Below, in pieces: positions 9,874 to 22,200 of a stretch of 64,000 nt of DNA. A program made the translations under genes and the position numbers. Each line of letters starts with the position of its first letter. The stretch's first letter is position 1. The stretch lies in IMG/VR virus record IMGVR_UViG_2565956719_000002; one strand, 5' to 3'. This DNA comes from a virus (taxonomy: Duplodnaviria > Heunggongvirae > Uroviricota > Caudoviricetes). A model generated the notes under the pieces. That model was not told the origin of the DNA. It searched no databases and saw only the letters and a list, made by a program, of their open reading frames with translations.

Positions 9874-10968
9874 TCACGAGAAACTCTTTTCTGATGTCAG
9901 CCAACAGTGCTCGTGCATATCTCTTGGTGGTTTTTCGACAAATGCCTCTTCAGCCACATCCTGCCAGGGGATTTGTTTAGCCCATTCAGTTATAGCGTTA
10001 TGGTTTGCCGAGAATAACGGTATTGTATAGGCCTTCAGCCAGTCTAATGTGCTGGAGTTGTGTTTTTGAGCGTGATGTTTCGCATGGTGTTTGGCGATCA
10101 CGATCGTAGGCACTACCCATTTACTACCGTCAGTCATTGTGAAGTGCATATTACGGGGAACAGATGACTTTTCCATCAACTCCCGAATCCCTGGGAATTT
10201 CCCCAAGATCAATCGGCGATATTCATCGCTATTGCGCCCACCAAACTCTTTGGCTTTGAATTCAAGATATGCTTCAGAAACGAGAGGTGAATCCTCTGTG
10301 TTTAGAGTTATCGCCGTGAAAAAACCAGCAGGATTGTTTTTACTATGGGCCAACCGGTGATGCGAATCATAAAAGTACCCTTTCTCGCGTTCCGATGGTT
10401 TCGACAGCAACAGCAGGCGCGAGTCATAATTGGTTAAATTGCCAGTTATCACTGCATGAGCGCGATCGCTGATTTCCGCCGAGTTAATAACGATGAAAAG
10501 ATCGTGCGGTCCAGTAAAACCAGCCAGAGACTCTTCGTTATTCAGACAATAGGTTATATAGACGCATCCCCATGTTTCACTGATATGCACCAACCCTTTG
10601 TCAGGGTGTATTCTGAAATAATTGCCAAGAAAAGTGTGTTTTTGGGTAACTCGCTCCCAATAACGGAACATATAGTCAATTATTGTTTTTCGACAATCGT
10701 TAATCGCAGGAGAAACAACCACTGTACGGGAACACGAATACAGTATTGTTTGCAGGATGCTAATCACTGCCACAATAGAGGTTTCCCCAATACCATGTGG
10801 TGTGGTGGCAGTGATTTTGGCTCCGGTGTTCTTTATCGCGTTAATAATTTTTGCTTGATGAGGTGTTAACTCAATATCAAGCAACTCTTTTGCTGCCAGT
10901 TCCCAATTGTCTTTATACCGTTCTATCAGTGCTAACCAGGCAGATTCATTCTGTATACGATTAATCAC
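9874..10968 (-). CDS. Terminase large subunit (PacB) ATPase-domain paralog lacking the nuclease domain
   Basis: 364 aa; GYFYDSHHRLAHSKNNPAGFFTAITLNTEDSPLV matches [34 protein letters not shown] of the 494-aa PacB in this window; Walker-like TTPHGIGETS and DLFIVINSAE; C-terminus unrelated. Confidence 0.6.
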   Translation of the reverse strand: MINRIQNESAWLALIERYKDNWELAAKELLDIELTPHQAKIINAIKNTGAKITATTPHGIGETSIVAVISILQTILYSCSRTVVVSPAINDCRKTIIDYMFRYWERVTQKHTFLGNYFRIHPDKGLVHISETWGCVYITYCLNNEESLAGFTGPHDLFIVINSAEISDRAHAVITGNLTNYDSRLLLLSKPSEREKGYFYDSHHRLAHSKNNPAGFFTAITLNTEDSPLVSEAYLEFKAKEFGGRNSDEYRRLILGKFPGIRELMEKSSVPRNMHFTMTDGSKWVVPTIVIAKHHAKHHAQKHNSSTLDWLKAYTIPLFSANHNAITEWAKQIPWQDVAEEAFVEKPPRDMHEHCWLTSEKSFS

Positions 10969-11869
10969 TTTCCACCTCTTCCGTGGTGTTTTCTTGCAGT
11001 TCTGTTAATGCAGCACGACATAGGTTCCGGGCATTGGCTATAGCCACACTTTTGACTTCATCCGTCATCGTGCAGGTAATGTACTGATCGAGTTCTTCAG
11101 CGCGGATGATGCTTTTGCCAATCAGAAACTGTATTTGCCATAGCAGATCGGCATCCATGATCAGAATTTCTGCCGGGCCTTCAGGGCCAGCCGGGAAGGA
11201 AACATAAGACTGTTTGCCCAGGCCGACAACTCGACAACTTGCTTCAAGAATTGCGCGCTTGAGGTCTGACTTTATAACGGAAACAGGTTGATTTTCACCA
11301 GTGATTACGCCGTTGACATGGAAAGGCATGTAGCTTGAAATACGCTCTACTTTCCACACGCCAGCAAGCGATCCTTCATGCAGCACAATGGGGGTAACCG
11401 CGAGTTTCATCTCACCATATAACTGCTGGCAGATAGCTGGATTGCTGAATACATCTAAAGGCTCACATTCAAACAGCGGCGCAATCTGCATGAGGTCCAT
11501 CATGGTCATCCCTGGGGTACGAGCAGTAATGAATTTGCGCATACCAGTATCCATTGCGCTCCAGATTGCTACACCATGCTTTTTGCTCACTTCTTCAGTA
11601 AAGCCAAGGTGGCACATGATGGTTTTTTCGATAGCCAGATCAGAGATAGAAACCTTTTCGCCAGGTACTCCATCATTATTGATGGTCACTTCGACACTCT
11701 GGCCATTACGTAGGCGGTATTGAATGGTTTTAGTATTTTGTGCTGTCATAGTCTTTTCTCTGCTTAAAAACTGATGTATTGCGTCTTCAGGTGGGTTAGG
11801 AATGTTTTCCCACCAGCGAAAGCAATATCTCGTGGTGTTCTGTTCGTTAAAAACGCGTGCCATTGCCAA
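10961..11869 (-). CDS. Hypothetical protein (alternative start near 11752)
   Basis: 302-aa ORF upstream of and overlapping the PacB-like paralog; internal ATG (MTAQ) would give about 261 aa. Confidence 0.45.
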   Translation of the reverse strand: MAMARVFNEQNTTRYCFRWWENIPNPPEDAIHQFLSREKTMTAQNTKTIQYRLRNGQSVEVTINNDGVPGEKVSISDLAIEKTIMCHLGFTEEVSKKHGVAIWSAMDTGMRKFITARTPGMTMMDLMQIAPLFECEPLDVFSNPAICQQLYGEMKLAVTPIVLHEGSLAGVWKVERISSYMPFHVNGVITGENQPVSVIKSDLKRAILEASCRVVGLGKQSYVSFPAGPEGPAEILIMDADLLWQIQFLIGKSIIRAEELDQYITCTMTDEVKSVAIANARNLCRAALTELQENTTEEVESD

Positions 11870-11946
11870 CTTTGGCGTTTTTTAGCGAGTTCGTGCTTTT
11901 GTTGGCGTTTGGACCACCGCTTTTCTTTCAGTCGTTTTTTACTCAT
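11764..11946 (-). CDS. Small highly basic protein (uncertain)
   Basis: 60-aa K/R-rich ORF starting 5 nt after ssb stop; overlaps the longest form of the next ORF. Confidence 0.25.
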   Translation of the reverse strand: MSKKRLKEKRWSKRQQKHELAKKRQSWQWHAFLTNRTPRDIAFAGGKTFLTHLKTQYISF

Positions 11947-11951
11947 AAACT

Positions 11952-12440
11952 CTAAAACGGAATATCGTCTTCAAAGTCCATTGGAGGTTCGTTATTGGCG
12001 CTGCTCTGAGGTTTGCCGCCACCGCTGTATTGCTGGTGGTTTTGAGGTTGGTTTGACTGCCCCCAGCCATTTGAGGACTGTGAATCGTCGCGGCGAGTGC
12101 CGATCATTTGCATGGTGCCGCCCTGGCTGACGATAATTTCCGTCGTGTAACGTTCTACACCGGCGTCATCAGTCCACTTACGGGTTTTAAGTTTCCCTTC
12201 GATGTAGACCTGAGAACCTTTTCGTAAATACTCACTCGCAATTTCAGCAAGTTTTCCGAACAAAACGACTTTATGCCATTCTGTTTGCTCTTTCTGTTGG
12301 CCCGTTTGCTTATCGCGCCATGATTCATTCGTTGCGATGCTGAGTCTTCCGACTGCGCCGCCATTTGGTATATACCTGATCTCCGGGTCTTGCCCCAGGG
12401 TACCAATCAGGATGACTTTGTTTACACCGCGTTGTGCCAC
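11952..12440 (-). CDS. ssb: Single-stranded DNA-binding protein
   Basis: OB-fold N-terminus [16 protein letters not shown], Gly/Gln-rich tail, C-terminal DFEDDIPF; GTG start with AGGTAAG upstream. Confidence 0.9.
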   Translation of the reverse strand: MAQRGVNKVILIGTLGQDPEIRYIPNGGAVGRLSIATNESWRDKQTGQQKEQTEWHKVVLFGKLAEIASEYLRKGSQVYIEGKLKTRKWTDDAGVERYTTEIIVSQGGTMQMIGTRRDDSQSSNGWGQSNQPQNHQQYSGGGKPQSSANNEPPMDFEDDIPF

Positions 12441-12459
12441 TTTTCTTACCTAATAAAAT

Positions 12460-12476
12460 AAATTAATTAGAGCAAA
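12460..12476 (-). promoter_or_regulatory. C1-operator-like 17-mer upstream of ssb
   Basis: TTTGCTCTAATTAATTT on minus strand, 15/17 to ATTGCTCTAATAAATTT. Confidence 0.45.
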
Positions 12477-12500
12477 AATGTATATCTTTGAAACGTGGCT

Positions 12501-12519
12501 AACAAGTGATTTGCATTAT
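12501..12519 (+). promoter_or_regulatory. Late-promoter-like element upstream of lysozyme
   Basis: AACAAGTGATTTGCATTATCCT; shared motif AACAAG-TGA-(7 nt)-TAnnnT. Confidence 0.35.
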
Positions 12520-12609
12520 CCTGTGCCTTCTAAAGGGATCGAGTCAGTCGGTATTGGCTGTGAATGAGTGTTTGTCCTGGAGCGTAAAAAATTCGCTTAT
12601 GAGGTCTTT

Positions 12610-13167
12610 ATGAAGGGAAAAACAGCCGCAGGAGGCGGTGCAATTTGCGCTATCGCGGTGATGATTACCATCGTGATGGGTAATGGCAATGTGCGAACCA
12701 ACCAGGCGGGGCTTGAGCTGATTGGTAACGCTGAAGGTTGCCGACGTGATCCATACATGTGCCCGGCGGGGGTATGGACTGACGGGATCGGTAATACACA
12801 CGGGGTAACGCCGGGTGTGCGAAAAACCGACCAGCAAATCGCCGCTGATTGGGAAAAGAATATCCTGATCGCTGAACGCTGTATTAATCAGCACTTCCGG
12901 GGCAAAGACATGCCCGATAATGCCTTCAGTGCAATGACAAGCGCGGCATTCAATATGGGATGCAATAGCTTACGGACCTACTACAGCAAAGCGCGAGGCA
13001 TGCGAGTAGAAACGTCCATCCACAAGTGGGCGCAGAAAGGGGAATGGGTGAATATGTGTAACCATCTCCCTGATTTCGTGAACAGTAACGGCGTGCCCCT
13101 GCGAGGTTTAAAGATTCGCCGTGAAAAAGAACGCCAGCTTTGCCTGACGGGGCTTGTCAATGAATAA
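12610..13167 (+). CDS. lyz: Endolysin (lysozyme with N-terminal signal-anchor segment)
   Basis: 186 aa from ATG 12610 (GAGG upstream); hydrophobic N-terminus then lysozyme-like GNAEGCRRDPYMCPAGVWTDGIGNTHG. Confidence 0.8.
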   Translation: MKGKTAAGGGAICAIAVMITIVMGNGNVRTNQAGLELIGNAEGCRRDPYMCPAGVWTDGIGNTHGVTPGVRKTDQQIAADWEKNILIAERCINQHFRGKDMPDNAFSAMTSAAFNMGCNSLRTYYSKARGMRVETSIHKWAQKGEWVNMCNHLPDFVNSNGVPLRGLKIRREKERQLCLTGLVNE

Positions 13168-13195
13168 ACTCCGGCAGCTCCGCCGACTTTCGACA

Positions 13196-13414
13196 ATGAA
13201 GTTATCGCTGGCGGCGATAGTTTTTGACTCGATTTTCATGGCGGTATATGTGCTCAATGAGACGTGGCCACTGGAACCGCTATTGTATGCCGGGCTTCGG
13301 CTGTGCCTGACATTTTTGAGCATGGCTGCGAGATTGATGCAGCAGAAAGAAACCGCTTCAGATTGTCCACGCCGCGCGGTGCGCAAATATATGGCACGCA
13401 GGCGAAGGCGATAA
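13196..13414 (+). CDS. Small membrane protein (start uncertain, 13154-13196)
   Basis: Hydrophobic segment, Arg-rich C-terminus, directly after lysozyme. Confidence 0.3.
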   Translation: MKLSLAAIVFDSIFMAVYVLNETWPLEPLLYAGLRLCLTFLSMAARLMQQKETASDCPRRAVRKYMARRRRR

Positions 13415-13425
13415 TAGTTAACGAG

Positions 13426-13453
13426 AACCCCGGCAGCTGCCGGGGTTATTTTT
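13426..13453. terminator. Rho-independent terminator (bidirectional position)
   Basis: AACCCCGGCAGCTGCCGGGGTT hairpin plus T-run, between lysis genes and convergent protease gene. Confidence 0.7.
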
Positions 13454-13458
13454 GGTGG

Positions 13459-16189
<2,731 letters not shown>

Positions 16190-16222
16190 TTAATTAGAAT
16201 AATTCGCATCGTGTTTGAACGG

Positions 16223-16245
16223 AAATTTAACACTAGTCACTTGTT
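16223..16245 (-). promoter_or_regulatory. Late-promoter-like element upstream of portal gene
   Basis: Minus strand AACAAGTGACTAGTGTTAAATT in the 76-bp divergent region. Confidence 0.35.
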
Positions 16246-16256
16246 AAGGATTACCA

Positions 16257-19200
16257 ATGAACAAGCTATCTATGGGGGTGTTTCGCTGTTCAAGTGTCAG
16301 CGAAATATTGAAATACATTAGGGCAATAACATCTCACCGAGCGCCGATTAAATACGGCGTGGAAAAGGTGGAAGGCAAAAGCTATGACCGACTGCGCCGT
16401 GAGGCGAATCAGAAGGCGATAGATTTGCTTAATTCGCTGGTGGACGGCGCGACACTGACAGATGAACAGCGCCAGATCCTGGCTGGGTACACCGGTGAAG
16501 GCGGCATTGGCGGGTCCGTCTCCGAATATTACACACCAAAGCCGATCGCTGAAGGTGTCTGGGAGATCATGAAGCTCTACGGCGCGGACGTAGGTAACAC
16601 TCTGGAACCATCGGCGGGAACCGGCGTTTTTAATGAGACAAAACCGGTTGGTACGGTGATGACCGCGACTGAGATCAGCAGTGTTTCCGGTCGTATAAAC
16701 CAGCTGTTGCACCCGGAAGACAGCGTACAGATTTCTCCGTTCGAACAACTGGCTGTAAGCACGCCTAACGATTCATTCGACCATGTTGTGGGTAACGTTC
16801 CGTTCGGTGGTCGTGATAACACACGCAACATCGATAAGCCTTACGCAGAAGAAACGGACATGGGGTCTTACTTCATGCTCCGCATGCTGGACAAGATAAA
16901 ACCTGGCGGATTCATGTGTGTGATTGTGCCGCCGTCCATTGTTTCAGGTTCAAACATGAAACGGTTACGCCTGCGCCTATCACGGAAAGCTGAATTTCTT
17001 GGTGCCCACCGCTTGCCTACCGGTACTTTTGACGCAAACGGGACCAGTACAGTTGTTGATGTGGTGCTGATGCGCAAACATCCGGCAGAGATGGCTGAGA
17101 AAATCCCCCTGGTGGATGAAAGCACTCTCGAATCGGCAAATGTGCTTTGGCCAACGTTTATTTCTGGCAAGTGGTTTGAAAAGGACGGCCGCCGGTTTGT
17201 TCATGGCACCCAGGAAAAGGGCTTCCAGGGGCGTATTGAGGTTCGTGCCGACGGTCAGATTGATAACCAGGCTCTTAAAGCGAAGCTGATTCATCGTTTC
17301 GAAAGCCGTATCGACTGGTCTTTGCTCGATATGGCTGAACCGTCACCGACCGCAGACGTTGTTGGTGAAGGGGAAATGCGCCTGATTAATGGCGTATGGC
17401 AAAAATATGCTGGTGGTCGCTGGATTGAAGCTGATGCAGGGAAGGAACTTAAGATCGATGCTGCCAGTTATGGCGCGGATAGCTGGGAGGCTCTTCAGCG
17501 TAACCTGACTACAACAGAAGGCCGTCTCGGCATGACATTTACCCAGATGGCAAATGTCCGCGATAAGTACACCACATCAATCAGCGACGATATGGTGCAG
17601 CTGGTGGACTGGATTAACAGCCAGCCTGAAAAATACCGTGAACGCTTGTATCGCGGGGCGATGATTGGCCGGATGTTAATTGAATATCAGGACATGAAGG
17701 CCGCCGGGCATAGTGCTGAACAAATCGAACAGCAGCGCCTTTCTCTGGTATCCCGTTTGCAGGCAGAGATTGACCGTTTTGGTAACCCCGGTCGCGGTCC
17801 GATAGCGAAATTATCGGGGAGCGGTGCGCGCGCCTGGTTTGCTTTCCGTGGTGCAATTAAGCTGGATGGCACTATTTCTGACGAGCTGACAGGAAAACTG
17901 GTTACGCATGATTCCAGCGCCAGTTATGACTCCACCAGCTATCAGGACACCCTGCGTTATCTCTACAGTGATCTCACTCGCGATCCAATCCAGCTCGATG
18001 ATTTCCGCCTTGCGTTTACCGGCGAACTGCCAGCCAGTGATGACGAGTTGCTTAATTTATTGGCCAGCACCCCTGGCATTGCGGTTTCACCGTATGGCGG
18101 GATTGTTCCGTTCGCCCGCGCCACCAGCGGCGACATTAACGAGATAGTGGCTCCAAAACAGGAATTCCTCGCCACGCTCCCCGACGGTCCAGTAAAGAAC
18201 AACGTCCTTAATCAGCTGGCAGCGATCGAAGAGAAGCGCATCAAGACGCCAGCAGAGAATATCCGCTTTAAGCTCAATAGCCGTTGGTTCGACCGTTCCG
18301 TCATTCTGGAGTTTTTGCAGGAAAACGGCTATCCGGATCTGCGCTATGTGCAGTCAGTGCAGCTGGAAGGCGACGAAATGGTTTCTGACACCTATCACGG
18401 TGGTGATGGCCTGTTCGTCGGGCACCGATACGGTGTCGTCCAGCGTAAGGATAAAGAAACAGGCGAGATCCGCTACGAGTGGGACCGTAAATCAGGTGAA
18501 AACGCGACCGGGTTCCCGGCACAGCTGGAAAAGTATCTCAATGGTGCGCGTATCGGTGGCAAAGATAGCGCGACGGCGAACGGCTACCGCGAGCAGATGG
18601 CACTGCTTGAGGACCAGTTCAATAAGTGGATCAAGACGCACGATCGCTACGATGAGCTGGTTGCTAAATACAACGATGTGTTCAATAGCAATATCCCGTA
18701 TGAACACTCTGGCGATCCGCTTGGGTTGAAGGGATTAAGCGGTAAGCGCCAGCCATTTGATTACCAGAATAGCGAGGTGCGCCGACTGTCCGAAGATGGG
18801 CGCGGCATCCTGGGCTTCGGCACCGGGCTGGGTAAAACCACGACCGCGCTGGCGCTTGAGGCGTTCAACTATGAGAACGGTCGCTCCACCCGTACTGCGT
18901 ATGTAGTGCCTAAATCAGTGCTGGAAAACTGGTATTACGAAGCAAAAGAATTCCTGAGTGAAGAGGCATTCAGTAACTACCTGTTCGTCGGTCTTGATGT
19001 GCTGATGGATGGCGATCAGATTCGCCAGGTGCAGGTGCTCGATGAGAACGGTAAACCTGTTCTTGGTACTGATGGCACTCCAGTTATGCGCGATGCTCTT
19101 AAGCTGGCAGATGAAGCCACTATCACGGCGCGGATGAACGCGATCCCGCACTCAAATTACCGTGCAGTCGTGTTTACCAAAGAACAATACGCCCGCATTC

Positions 19201-22200
19201 CGCTACGTGATGACACCGTAGATGAGCATGCACAGGATATGCTTTATGACTTCGTTGCCGCCGGACGCGTAGCCAGCGCAATGGACTCCGACTCCCACCG
19301 CAAAGAGGCCGCGCGTCGCCGGGTATTGTCGGAGTATTCAGATACCGGCACCGAAAAAGCAGAGAAGTATCCGTACTTTGAGGATATGGGCTTCGATAGT
19401 GTGATCGCTGACGAAGGTCACAACTACCGCAATAGCTATAAAAATGGTCGCGAAGCGTCACAACTGGCCTATCTGCCCACCAGCGCGGTGGCGCAATCGG
19501 CGCGAGATATGGCAATTAAAAACGCGTACCTGATGAAAAAGAATGGTGGGCGCGGGCCGGTTCTCCTGACTGCAACGCCAGTCGTTAACACCCCGATCGA
19601 TGCATACAACATGCTTTCTCATGTTCTGCCGAAGGAATACTGGCAGAACATGGGGATCTACGGTCCTGATGACTTCGTTAAATTCTTCGGCAAGACCAGG
19701 CTGGAAACGGTACAGAAAATTAGCGGTGAAGTTGAAGAAAAAATGGCGCTGGTGGGCTTTGAAAACCTTGATGCGCTGCGCGGTATATTCCATCGCTGGG
19801 TAACGCTTAAAACGGCGGAAGACGTTAAGGATACCGTGGAGATCCCGGAGCTGGACGAACACCAGCAGGATGCACCACTTACTGAAGAACAACTGGCGGC
19901 GTATGAAGAATTGCGTCAGCAGGCGGAAGCGGCGGCCAAAGCCAACAATGGCGTAACGACCTCGGTCAATGAAGACGGCGTGATTGAGCACGAGAAAGCC
20001 CGTCCGATCTTCTCAATAATCAGGGATATGGACCGCGTATGTACTGACATGGACCTGTACTATCGCCGGATCACCTATCGTTTCCTGCCGGAGTACGCCG
20101 ATGCGGTGCAGCAGCTGGCGGACAGTTTGCCTAAACAAGCCACCAGCGAAGACGACGACAGTGATGATTTAATCACGCAGCAATCGCAATACTCCCTGAT
20201 AGATAAGGGCGAGTTTATTCAGTTGCAGGTTCCGGAAGCGTTCGAGCAGGAAGTGAATAAGCGCCTGGCCAGGTTTGGCATTGACGAACAGACCGTAACT
20301 CACCCCGTTACGCCCAAATACGCGAAGCTGATTGCCACGCTGAAGGAGTTTTTCCCGGAAGGTAAGCAAATCATCTTCACCGATGAAAAAACGCAGCACC
20401 AGAAGCTCAAGCGCATTATCTGCAATGCTCTTAACCTTGAACCTTCAAAGGTGGGGATACTGAATGCTCAGACGGTTGCCGAGGCAGGTAAAACCGGTAA
20501 GAAACTGAAAGCGGTTAAACCGCCGAAAGAGTTACCGGATGAACCAACAGATGCACAGATAGCGAAATACAACGAGCAAATGGCTCTGTATGACGCCTAT
20601 ATCGCGCAGCAAAATGAAATGTCGTTGGGCGGTCTGGAAAAGATTGCAGCCGACTTCCAGGAGGGCCGGACTCCGATCATCATCTGCAACAAAAAGGCAG
20701 AGGTGGGTATCAACCTGCATCGAGGAACGACTGACATCCATCATCTGACGTTGCCATGGACTCCAGCCAGTATTGCGCAACGAAACGGTCGCGGTGCCCG
20801 AGTTGGCTCCAACCGTGCAAGCGTTCGCGTTCACTACTACTGCGGCAAGGGGTCTTTCGATGAATACCGACTGAAGACGCTGAAGCGTAAAGCAGGCTGG
20901 ATCTCCGATATCCTCCGTTCAGATAAGTCAGAAATGGAGAACGCCGACGCCAACGATATGATCGAAATGCAGATGTATACCGCGAAGGATGACGGCGAAC
21001 GTCTGGCAATGATGCAGGTTCAAATGGATAAGGCGAAAGCTGCGAAACGCGCTCGCCAGAAAGAACAGGCTACTATCGACCTTCAGAACTACATCAAGGC
21101 GCAGCACGCAGCTGGTGAGGATGTGGAGGTACTTACCGCTGAATTGGAGCGAAGCAAAGCGGAACTTGAAAAGACCACCGCCGACGTCGCCAAATTCAAA
21201 CAGGCGGTAATGGCCAAAGCAGCTGATAACGCAGACTGGAAAGCCCGCTGGGGTAGCGTCCATCACACAGACCGTATGTTGTTATCACAGTATCGCGCGT
21301 CGTTGAAAAGCGCCATTCAGCGCAAGGCTAATATCTCTCAGGCCATCTCCCGCTATGAGAAATTATTGAACCGTACTCAGAAGGCCGCGACGGATATCAA
21401 ACGCCTGCGCCCGCTGGTGGAGGATGCAATAAATAAAGGCATTCTGGATGTTGATCCTGACCTGGTTAACCATGCGAGTGAGTTCCTTGTTATCGGCGAT
21501 CGCTCATGGCGTGTAGGCCAATACTACGATTGTGCCGGTGATATCGTTCGCATTAAGTCGCTGGACTTCGACAGCCAGCGCGCAGACGTGGAGATCATCT
21601 TTACCTTCAAAGGCACCAAATCGGGTAACTGGGATGTGAAGACGCTGGATAAACAGGTGGATGTAACTCCCGATGAAGATGCTGTTATGCAGAAAATCAG
21701 TGGTGGCGTCTCCATCGCCGGGATTAACGACATCATTTCCTGTGACGATTTCTACCGTTTCCAGCAGCGCGGCATGATCAAAATAACTGACTCGTACGGC
21801 GTTCAGACTACAGAGTCAGGCTATAGCATTGATTTTGTTGGTACCTATACGGACCCACTGAAGCATGCGGTTTACCCGGATCGCCGTGACGGCGCGCTGA
21901 AGTCGTCAATTGCAAAATGGGTGCTTGGTATGATGTCGGAAGGGAATAACCGCCAGATCCGTTCGGCAGAAACATTCCTGGTTGAATTGTTTGGCTCCAA
22001 TTATGGCGATGTAATCGCGTCATACGGAGATACGCTATCCCCTGAAGCAATTCAGGAGAAAATAGCGGATGCGATCGCCAGAATGCCGGAAAAAACAAGC
22101 CAGGGGGCTACTCGTAACGGGGATTCTGAACTTGAAGTCACCAATGCCATTTTCGGTACCAATGAGTTCCGGGGGTCAGATTATGAGATCACCACAGCAC

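Noticed and set aside
9874-12440. Insertion sequence between ssb and the darA operon
   Set aside because: No transposase-like ORF or terminal inverted repeats; the region holds the PacB-like paralog and a hypothetical gene.
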